A stretch of DNA of 32,000 nucleotides, taken from Wolbachia endosymbiont of Cimex lectularius (GTDB taxonomy: Bacteria > Pseudomonadota > Alphaproteobacteria > Rickettsiales > Anaplasmataceae). The position numbers and the translations under genes are program-made. The notes beneath the pieces are model-generated. The model was not told where the DNA came from and searched no databases. It saw only the letters and a program-made list of their open reading frames with translations. The stretch spans positions 90,001 to 122,000 of the forward strand of contig NZ_AP013028.1 in assembly GCF_000829315.1 (NCBI RefSeq), written 5' to 3'. Shown here piece after piece: positions 25,093-32,000 of this stretch. Position 1 is the first letter of the stretch, and every line of letters starts with the position of its first letter.

Positions 25093-26015
25093 TGCTGGTT
25101 AAAAATAGATTTACTGTAAAACATCCTATCATCCCAGAACACCCTTTTGTTATCCAAGTAGCTGACACTGGGATCCAGAAAAAAAACAAATGGATTTCAG
25201 CATCACGTGCCAAAGTGACATCAGGCTATTTTTTACTAAAACAATGGCTAGTTAAGGGACTGAACGTATTTGCAATTTTTTGCATGTTATTCCTATCTGG
25301 TCCTACATCTGCAGAAGAATTTACACCATCACCAAATAAAAAAATGGACTGGAATTTTGATGGAATTACCGGGTCTTTTGATAGGGAATCAATTCAGCGG
25401 GGTTATAAAGTATATAAGGAAGTTTGTGCTGCTTGCCATTCAATGAATAGAGTGGCATTTCGTAATTTGCAAGGTATCGGTTTTTCTGAAGAGGATGTGA
25501 AACAGATTGCAGCTTCTTATCAAGTTAAAGATGGTCCGAACGATTTAGGTGAAATGTTCGATAGACCGGGAATACCTTCGGATTATTTTATCGCACCTTT
25601 TGATTCGAAAGAAGCAGCCACAGCAAGTAATAATGGTGCAGTTCCACCGGACTTGTCACTAATTATTAAAGCGAGGCACGACGGTGCAAATTATGTCTAT
25701 TCACTGCTAACAGGTTATCAAGACGATGAGCACGATGAAAATGATTTATATTTTAATCCGTATTTTCCAACAGGTAAGTTAGCTATGGCACCACCACTTT
25801 CTGAAGGAATGCTGGAGTATAACGGTACAAGGCAGGCTACAGTTGAAAACATGGCATATGATGTGGTGAATTTTTTACAATGGGCAGCAGAGCCAGAACT
25901 AGAGCACCGGCACAAGCTTGGATTTAAAGTAGTAGCATATTTTGTAATTTTAACAGTGTTTTTTGTGTTAACTAACAATAAAATTTGGAGCAAGCTCTAT
26001 AAAAAGAAAAGATAA
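25092..26015 (+). CDS. petC: Cytochrome c1 (start uncertain: ATG 25092 includes a palindromic element; GTG 25215 would exclude it)
   Basis: It has the haem-binding motif CAACHS, PPDLSLI and a C-terminal TM anchor. The ATG overlaps the petB TAA by 1 nt. Confidence 0.85.
   Translation: MLVKNRFTVKHPIIPEHPFVIQVADTGIQKKNKWISASRAKVTSGYFLLKQWLVKGLNVFAIFCMLFLSGPTSAEEFTPSPNKKMDWNFDGITGSFDRESIQRGYKVYKEVCAACHSMNRVAFRNLQGIGFSEEDVKQIAASYQVKDGPNDLGEMFDRPGIPSDYFIAPFDSKEAATASNNGAVPPDLSLIIKARHDGANYVYSLLTGYQDDEHDENDLYFNPYFPTGKLAMAPPLSEGMLEYNGTRQATVENMAYDVVNFLQWAAEPELEHRHKLGFKVVAYFVILTVFFVLTNNKIWSKLYKKKR
25127..25220. repeat. WPE-like element at the petB/petC junction (in frame with the long petC ORF)
   Basis: tcatcccagaac..ttatccaagtagctgacactgggatccagaaaaaaaacaaatggatttcagcatcacgtgccaaagtgaca matches other copies (18851-18880, 30113-30184). 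It is translated as ..IIPEHPFVIQVADTGIQKKNKWISASRAKV.. Confidence 0.65.
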
Positions 26016-26024
26016 AGTTTTTTT

Positions 26025-26053
26025 ATTGACACTCACTTTCATACCTTATTTAT
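26025..26053 (+). promoter_or_regulatory. Candidate promoter upstream of uvrB (TTGACA-17-TTTATA)
   Basis: tttttttaTTGACActcactttcataccttaTTTATAct. It lies ~40 nt upstream of the uvrB ATG. Confidence 0.35.
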
Positions 26054-26093
26054 ACTAACAAGTATATTAATAGTATATGAAAATATAAGAACT

Positions 26094-28043
26094 ATGGAAT
26101 TTCAAATCGTTACACATTTTAAACCAGCCGGAGATCAGTCACAAGCAATCGATAGCTTAGTTGCAGGGCTAAACAGCAACAAAAAAGATCAGGTTTTGCT
26201 TGGAGTTACCGGCTCTGGAAAAACTTTCACTATGGCAAATGTTATTGCAAGAACAAACAGGCCTGCATTAATTATGGCGCACAACAAAACTTTAGCAGCG
26301 CAGCTTTATGAGGAAATGAGAGGATTTTTTCCCCATAATGCTGTTGGATACTTCATTTCTTATTATGATTACTATCAGCCCGAGGCTTATTCGCCACAAA
26401 CTGATACTTATATTGAAAAGGACTCCGTAATTAACGAAAGAATTGACATGCTGCGTTATTCTGCTGTTTGTTCTCTCTTGGAACGCAGGGACACAATTGT
26501 AGTTGCCAGTGTTTCCTGCATATATGGTCTTGGTTCGCCCGAGAGCTATCTCAGCATGATCTTGACTTTAAGTACTGGAGATAAAATTCGTGTTAATGAT
26601 TTCCTGAATAATTTAGCTAATCTCCAGTACAAGCGCTCTGATGTCAGATTTGAAAGAGGATATTTCAGAGTACGCGGCGATATTATCGACATATTTCCTG
26701 CCTACTATGAAAACAAAGCTTGGCGTTTATCGCTAATGGGCGATGAAATAGAAGAAATTTCTGAGATTGATGCTATGACCGGCAATATCATCAAGCGCAT
26801 AGATAAAATCACCATTTTTCCAAACAGCTATCACATTACCTCACGTGAGACTCTATTGCAGGCGGTTCAGCTGATCAAAAAAGAGCTGCATGAACGCTTA
26901 GATTATTACTATTCACAGAACAAAATTGTTGAAGCAAAACGCCTTGAGCAGCGCACCAATTTTGATATTGAAATGATGATAGCAACAGGAGTGTGTAAAG
27001 GTATCGAAAATTATTCGCGTTATCTCTACGGCATGGAAGCTGGAGATGCACCGCCTACTTTGTTTGAATATTTACCTAAAGATGTAATTTTATTTGTCGA
27101 CGAGAGTCATGTTACCGTTCCTCAGGTTGGTGCGATGTATAGCGGTAATGAGGCGCGTAAAAAAAAATTGGTGGACCACGGATTTAGGCTCCCTTCTGCT
27201 TTTGATAACCGTCCATTAAAATTTGAAGAGTGGGAAGCAGTGCGGCCGCAAACTATTTTCATTTCCGCTACTCCCGGAAAATATGAGTTGGCAAAAACCA
27301 ATAATGTATTCATAGAGCAAGTTATTCGTCCAACGGGTCTTACAGATCCAATCTGCATTATAAAGCCAACAGAGACTCAAGTTGATGATGTGATTCATGA
27401 AGCGCAAGTGACGATAAAGAAAGGGTTTTGTGTTCTTATTACCACATTGACAAAAAAAATGGCTGAAAAGCTAGCCGAACATATAAGTGAGCTAAATATG
27501 AAGGTGAGTTACCTGCATTCAGATATTGGTGCACTGGAGAGGATTGACATTATATGCAAACTAAGATCGAAAGAAATCGACGTCCTAGTTGGTGTCAACT
27601 TACTGCGGGAAGGTCTTGATATTCCAGAATGTGGATTGGTTGCAATTTTGGACGCTGATAAGGAAGGATTTTTGCGATCGGAAACTTCGCTCATTCAAAC
27701 AATAGGTCGTGCTGCACGCAATGCCGAAGGTAGGGTAGTTTTATATGCAGATAAAATGACCGGTTCTTTAGACCGTGCGTTGAAAGAAACAGAAAGAAGA
27801 AGAAAGAAACAACAAGAATACAATATACTGCATAATATTACACCAAAAACTATAGTAAAGGCTATATCAAATACTCTACAAGATAATGTAGCAGCCGAGA
27901 GAAAAGTCGATATTAGTAAGGACGATTTAGTCAATTTAGAAAAGCAGATGTTAAAACATGCTGAGAATCTAGAGTTTGAAGACGCAGCAAAAATAAAACG
28001 TATTATCGAAAGATTCGGCAGACTTCCTGCAAACCAAAACTAA
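26094..28043 (+). CDS. uvrB: Excinuclease ABC subunit B
   Basis: It has [13 protein letters not shown], the beta-hairpin region [16 protein letters not shown], helicase motifs ([18 protein letters not shown]) and a C-terminal UVR motif ([10 protein letters not shown]). Length is 649 aa. Confidence 0.95.
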   Translation: MEFQIVTHFKPAGDQSQAIDSLVAGLNSNKKDQVLLGVTGSGKTFTMANVIARTNRPALIMAHNKTLAAQLYEEMRGFFPHNAVGYFISYYDYYQPEAYSPQTDTYIEKDSVINERIDMLRYSAVCSLLERRDTIVVASVSCIYGLGSPESYLSMILTLSTGDKIRVNDFLNNLANLQYKRSDVRFERGYFRVRGDIIDIFPAYYENKAWRLSLMGDEIEEISEIDAMTGNIIKRIDKITIFPNSYHITSRETLLQAVQLIKKELHERLDYYYSQNKIVEAKRLEQRTNFDIEMMIATGVCKGIENYSRYLYGMEAGDAPPTLFEYLPKDVILFVDESHVTVPQVGAMYSGNEARKKKLVDHGFRLPSAFDNRPLKFEEWEAVRPQTIFISATPGKYELAKTNNVFIEQVIRPTGLTDPICIIKPTETQVDDVIHEAQVTIKKGFCVLITTLTKKMAEKLAEHISELNMKVSYLHSDIGALERIDIICKLRSKEIDVLVGVNLLREGLDIPECGLVAILDADKEGFLRSETSLIQTIGRAARNAEGRVVLYADKMTGSLDRALKETERRRKKQQEYNILHNITPKTIVKAISNTLQDNVAAERKVDISKDDLVNLEKQMLKHAENLEFEDAAKIKRIIERFGRLPANQN

Positions 28044-28146
28044 GCAGAAAGAAAGCAATTTACTAGCTACGCCATGCCGCCGCAGGTCTCACGTGGCTTC
28101 CGCTTGCAACTAATCTTTAACTATAAACATTAAAAAATTCACTAAA

Positions 28147-28180
28147 TAAAAAAAGACAAAAGAAGCCACGGTCGGTGGCT
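28147..28180 (-). terminator. Canonical intrinsic-terminator shape within T-box D2
   Basis: On the - strand, AGCCAC-cgacc-GTGGCT (a perfect 6-bp stem) is followed by TCTTTTGTCTTTTTTTA. Confidence 0.5.
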
Positions 28181-28531
28181 AATTATTTATATGTACCTCA
28201 AATATCGGCGTTTTTATTCTCAGCGCTACGATTCAGCTACTTTTAAATGCAAGTAATCAAAACTGTAAACATTAAGAAATTTACTAAGCAGGAAAAAAAG
28301 AAAAAAAAACTCTGAGGCAGCTAGTATTCAAATTCTCCCTTGTCTATTTGACGTTCTATACTGTCTTAAACGACTTATAAGCGCGCTTCAGCTTGTATAG
28401 GTAAAAACCAGAAGTTTTAAAAGACGTGAGGTGCACATAGTGCAAAAATTTAAACATGAGACGCCAAATACCCTAAGTTTTTTGTCATTAACCGGCACAG
28501 ATTGCGAAGATAAATAAATAGCTTCAGTATC

Positions 28532-28560
28532 ATTATAAGGGGGTTGGAGGAACTTGTTAA
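28532..28560 (-). promoter_or_regulatory. P-box promoter D (TTAACA-17-TATAAT)
   Basis: On the - strand: aaaaaaaactacTTAACAagttcctccaacccccTTATAAT. The spacer was counted as 17 nt. The -35 has one mismatch. Confidence 0.45.
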
Positions 28561-28607
28561 GTAGTTTTTTTTGTTTCTATTGCTAAAAAATCTGAATTCA
28601 GTCTACC

Positions 28608-29813
28608 TCAAGCTAACAATGGACCATCAGGTATATTACCAATTACGTTGATCTGATTTAGTATCTTATTAGTGGGGTAAAAATAGTTTTTTATAAATTC
28701 CTTATATATAGCTGTCAATTTGTGTATATCGTCCACTGACACGCATTCATTTACCTGATGTGTGGTTTTATTGATCATACCAAATTCAATCACTGGGCAA
28801 ACATCTTTGATAAATGCAGCATCAGATGTTCCGCCGCTTGTGCTCAGCACAGCGTCGATATTGGTAACTTTATTTATTGCATCAAGCATAATATCAGTAT
28901 CCCTATCGGGAGTAGAGAGAAAAGCGTCCCTGCTGCTATACATGGAGAGTTTATAATCGTTAGTCACACTGGAGCATATTTCATCAATTAACTTATATAA
29001 ACCGCCAGGTGTTTGCATATTGTTGTATCGAATGTTGAAACTTGCAGTTACTGAACCAGGTATTAAATTGTCGGTGTCATTTCCAACATCAATAGTAGTA
29101 ATCTCGCAGTTTGAAGGCTGAAAATATCTATTACCATGATCAAAAGTAGTATTTTTCACCTTATTTAATATCGACATCATCTTATATATTGGATTATCCG
29201 CCAAGTCTGGGTAGGCAACGTGCCCTTGTCTTCCATAGCAAACCAATTTGAATGTTGCGGATCCTCTTCTGCCTATTTTTATAGTATCACCTAGTTTCTC
29301 ACTACTGGTTGGCTCAGCAACTATGCAATAATCTATCTTTTTTTGCTTACTTTCCATCCATTCTAAAACTGCCTTTGTTCCATATTCTTCCATGCTCTCT
29401 TCAGAACTGGTAATCAATGCACTTATTGAGCCATTGAACTGAAACTTTTCCTCAATTAAATTTACCATGGCGGTAATAAATGCGGCTACTCCGCTTTTCA
29501 TGTCGGTTGCTCCTCTTCCATACAACATTCCGTTCCTCACTTCCGGCTTAAACGGATCAGACTGCCAATCCTTCAATTGGCCTGGTGGCACAACATCAAT
29601 ATGGCCAGCAAAACATAAGTTTGGCACCCCATTTATATATTTCGCATAAAGATTTTTAACTCTAGTTTCACTATCACCAAACTCTAAAATCCTACAGTCA
29701 AAACCACTTTTCTTGAGAATTGCTGCTATATGCTCTATTGCTCCATTATCCCTTGGTGTTATACTCTTAAAAGAAATCAATTTCTTAGTTAGTTCTGCAG
29801 GGTCAATCTTCAT
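28608..29813 (-). CDS. dapE: Succinyl-diaminopimelate desuccinylase (M20 peptidase)
   Basis: It has LCFAGHIDVVPPG, GRGATDMKSGVAAF, SEES and TSGGTSDA. At 401 aa it has ~20 extra C-terminal residues relative to the typical length. Confidence 0.85.
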   Translation of the reverse strand: MKIDPAELTKKLISFKSITPRDNGAIEHIAAILKKSGFDCRILEFGDSETRVKNLYAKYINGVPNLCFAGHIDVVPPGQLKDWQSDPFKPEVRNGMLYGRGATDMKSGVAAFITAMVNLIEEKFQFNGSISALITSSEESMEEYGTKAVLEWMESKQKKIDYCIVAEPTSSEKLGDTIKIGRRGSATFKLVCYGRQGHVAYPDLADNPIYKMMSILNKVKNTTFDHGNRYFQPSNCEITTIDVGNDTDNLIPGSVTASFNIRYNNMQTPGGLYKLIDEICSSVTNDYKLSMYSSRDAFLSTPDRDTDIMLDAINKVTNIDAVLSTSGGTSDAAFIKDVCPVIEFGMINKTTHQVNECVSVDDIHKLTAIYKEFIKNYFYPTNKILNQINVIGNIPDGPLLA

Positions 29814-29855
29814 ATCAACCTTGAAATACTGATATTACTATATTGTAGACATCTT

Positions 29856-31214
29856 ATGCACTATTTAAAACAAATATTACACCAAGCCAAGCAAACTCTT
29901 ATAAGAGAAGTAATAATAGATCATCACCTCGCTGATAATATCTATGAAATATGTACACAACACGGAAATGATATTTTCTTAGTTGCAGACGAGAATACGG
30001 CAGAGCTTTTGAATAAAAACGTGCTTAATAAAATTTCTCACTTAATTGTTCCTAGTAATATCATTAGGCCTCTCGCAAAATCCTATGTCATCTCGAATAC
30101 TTCCAAAATTTTGTCATCCCAGTGCTTTGACACTGGGATCCAGAAAAAAAAAGTATGGATTCCAGTGTCAAGCACTGGAATGACACCAGGTAGAGAAACG
30201 ATACCGGACAGTGTTGCTTCTCTCGAAACCGTCAATCTAGTGAGAAACAAGGCAAAAGATAGCGACTTAATAGTTGCACTTGGTAGCGGCACTGTTAATG
30301 ATATTTGCAAGTATGCAAGCTACCTCGAGAAAAAAGATTACATATCGTTCCCAACAGCAGCTTCTATGAACGGCTATACCTCTGCAAATGCTTCAATATT
30401 AGTAGATGGGCATAAAAAATCGTTCGCAGCACATCTTCCCAAGGCAGTATACATCGACATCAATATGATCGCCGACGCACCACTGCGCCTTACATTAAGC
30501 GGATTTGCGGATTTTATCTGTCGTTCAACAGTAGAAGCCGATTGGCTATTATCTCATCTGCTACTTGGCACAGAATATAACGAATTACCTTTCGTACTTG
30601 TTCGCGATCTGGAGGAAATTTTGCTTAGAGAGCACCTAGCTCTTGCAAAAAGAAGCAAAAAAGTGGTCTTATTACTTATGGAAGCCTTGCTAATCTCAGG
30701 ACTTGGAATGGCGATATCAGAGGGCAGCCATTCTGCGAGCCAAGGAGAGCATATGATAGCTCATGCAATGGAAATGCTGACAAAAGATTATTCTTCACTA
30801 CATGGCGAAAAAATTGCTGTTACAACGCTTACCATGGCTAATTTGCAGGAAAAGATATTATCAGTACAAAATCCTACCATTAAACCAACCACTTTAGATG
30901 TAAAGCGTATAACTGAGTGTTTTGGTAATACCGAATTTACAAAAATTCTAGAGCAGAAAAAAATTCTGCAGCAAAAAATTGGAGGGATCATTCATAAGGA
31001 ATGGAATAATATTTCCAGCTTAATTAAGCAAAATTTACTACCTGCAAGACACCTGCAGAAAATATTTGAAGATTTGTCAATTCCACACTTACCAGAGCAT
31101 CTAAATTGGAACAAAGAGCAATATTGCAAAGTGGTTAACTTTGCATTTGCAACAAGAGACAGATTCACCTTTCTTGACTTGGCGCACTGCATAGAAGAAA
31201 GTGAAGTTTTGTAG
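29856..31214 (+). CDS. Iron-containing alcohol dehydrogenase / glycerol-1-phosphate dehydrogenase-like oxidoreductase (with an in-frame palindromic insertion)
   Basis: It has the GSGTVNDICKYAS nucleotide-binding motif and His-rich metal motifs (SQGEHMIAHAME, LHGEKIAV). Length is 452 aa. Confidence 0.6.
   Translation: MHYLKQILHQAKQTLIREVIIDHHLADNIYEICTQHGNDIFLVADENTAELLNKNVLNKISHLIVPSNIIRPLAKSYVISNTSKILSSQCFDTGIQKKKVWIPVSSTGMTPGRETIPDSVASLETVNLVRNKAKDSDLIVALGSGTVNDICKYASYLEKKDYISFPTAASMNGYTSANASILVDGHKKSFAAHLPKAVYIDINMIADAPLRLTLSGFADFICRSTVEADWLLSHLLLGTEYNELPFVLVRDLEEILLREHLALAKRSKKVVLLLMEALLISGLGMAISEGSHSASQGEHMIAHAMEMLTKDYSSLHGEKIAVTTLTMANLQEKILSVQNPTIKPTTLDVKRITECFGNTEFTKILEQKKILQQKIGGIIHKEWNNISSLIKQNLLPARHLQKIFEDLSIPHLPEHLNWNKEQYCKVVNFAFATRDRFTFLDLAHCIEESEVL
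30113..30184. repeat. 72-bp double-hairpin WPE-like element inside the dehydrogenase reading frame
   Basis: gtcATCCCAGTGctttgaCACTGGGATccagaaaaaaaaagtatggATTCCAGTGtcaagCACTGGAATgac is 24 codons long. It is translated as SSQCFDTGIQKKKVWIPVSSTGMT. Confidence 0.75.
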
Positions 31215-31237
31215 TGGCTGGTTTGTTGCTAAAAAAA

Positions 31238-32000
31238 TTATAGGTCAACAAAAAAATTTGAATTGTGGGTTGCACATTCTTTGCTTGCATGAGTAACGTT
31301 TACACATTCTAGCTTACTACTACACAACAGGTATCCACCAAGTATAATACCTGCTACAGCTGGAGTAACGCTAACAACTGCACTTTTTTCTGCAATAGCA
31401 ATGATTCCTGTAACAATACAGATAGTGACCAGTGCAACAGCAGTATACTTTTGTGCATTTCGTTTCTCTTCAGAATTTATTTGATTCAAATAATTCTCAA
31501 ATGTTTCCTTAATTTCTTTGTCTTGCATTTTGTTAATTTCGCCACAAAGCTCTTTAAACTTTCTCAGATCTTTGTGTTTCAACCATAATATATCTTCCCT
31601 AACTACTTGATCGTCCAATAAGTAATCAGACACATAACTTCTCTTATCATTTGGCCTTTTGATGCATAGCACACTAGGTATTTCCCTTGTAAGATACACA
31701 CGAATCACTCCATAATTAATTAACATTGCATACAGCACAATATTTAATTTGTTCTGCGGATCACTAGTTATATCTTTACTTTTCAAACACAATACTAGAG
31801 AAGTAGTACTTAAATATTTCATATCATCTGTGATGGAAGAGCGTAAAATGATTTCAACTGCTTTTAAGAAATTTCCATTACCGACAAAATTAAAACCTAC
31901 GCCCTTATTTGCATTTATGAAACAGGTTATGTTTTGCATAACAAGTTGCTTATAAAATCCGCTTAATTTACTTCCATTTACTAGTCTTTTGAATTCTGTT
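31238..32000 (-). CDS. Hypothetical protein with C-terminal TM segments; reading frame stays open to the right window edge
   Basis: The track starts at the ATG at 31939, but the same frame has no stop from 31940 to 31999 (..TEFKRLVNGSKLSGFYKQLV-MQNITCF..). The gene probably begins outside the window. Confidence 0.4.
   Translation of the reverse strand, partial: TEFKRLVNGSKLSGFYKQLVMQNITCFINANKGVGFNFVGNGNFLKAVEIILRSSITDDMKYLSTTSLVLCLKSKDITSDPQNKLNIVLYAMLINYGVIRVYLTREIPSVLCIKRPNDKRSYVSDYLLDDQVVREDILWLKHKDLRKFKELCGEINKMQDKEIKETFENYLNQINSEEKRNAQKYTAVALVTICIVTGIIAIAEKSAVVSVTPAVAGIILGGYLLCSSKLECVNVTHASKECATHNSNFFVDL

Larger units (their letters stand above)
28128..28590 (-). repeat. Copy D of the modular P-box/T-box repeat (full length, two T-boxes)
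   Basis: The reverse complement aligns with copies B and C. The T-boxes lie at 28271-28325 and 28130-28180 (+ coordinates). The element starts 18 nt after the dapE stop. Confidence 0.8.

Noticed and set aside
28044-28127. GC-rich stretch after uvrB (cgccatgccgccgcaggtctcacgtggcttccgcttgc) considered as a separate RNA gene or uvrB terminator.
   Set aside because: I could draw only short palindromes (cacgtg) and no stable hairpin with a T-tract. Part of it resembles an inverted partial T-box, so I treat it as the degraded edge of repeat copy D.

Overview
This is an AT-rich, tightly packed bacterial chromosome segment. Its gene set and repeat types look like a Wolbachia-type Rickettsiales endosymbiont; that is an inference from the sequence alone, with no database search. 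About 24 housekeeping CDS can be named from motifs: fic, dapB, pstB, dxr, hemJ, pdhA, tldD, hslVU, a gshA-like ligase, hemH, ndk, znuA/znuC-like, ubiB, petB, petC, uvrB, dapE and an Fe-ADH/G1PDH-like dehydrogenase. The window also holds one tRNA-Leu(CAG), one tRNA-like remnant, one decayed IS5-family element and about 8 lineage-specific hypothetical genes, mostly small membrane proteins. I found no convincing multi-gene novel system such as a defence or secretion island. The unusual content is non-coding. (1) A modular intergenic repeat family occurs at five loci. Each copy opens with a near-consensus sigma70 promoter (TTGACA-N17-TAnnAT, spacer exactly 17 bp in all six boxes) and each unit closes with a conserved polypyrimidine T-box, with no conserved ORF between. 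(2) Short GC-rich palindromic elements of the RPE/WPE type are scattered in intergenic DNA and inserted in frame in hemH, petC and the dehydrogenase gene, and their stems are kept complementary by paired substitutions. Other points worth a second look are an IS5 transposase split only at poly(A) runs, a ~60-codon N-terminal extension on hslU, a class II Fic with phased upstream repeats, a His/Asp/Gly-rich GC-rich ORF, and a membrane protein starting MGGCC behind a perfect Shine-Dalgarno. All functional calls rest on recognised motifs and are unverified by search.
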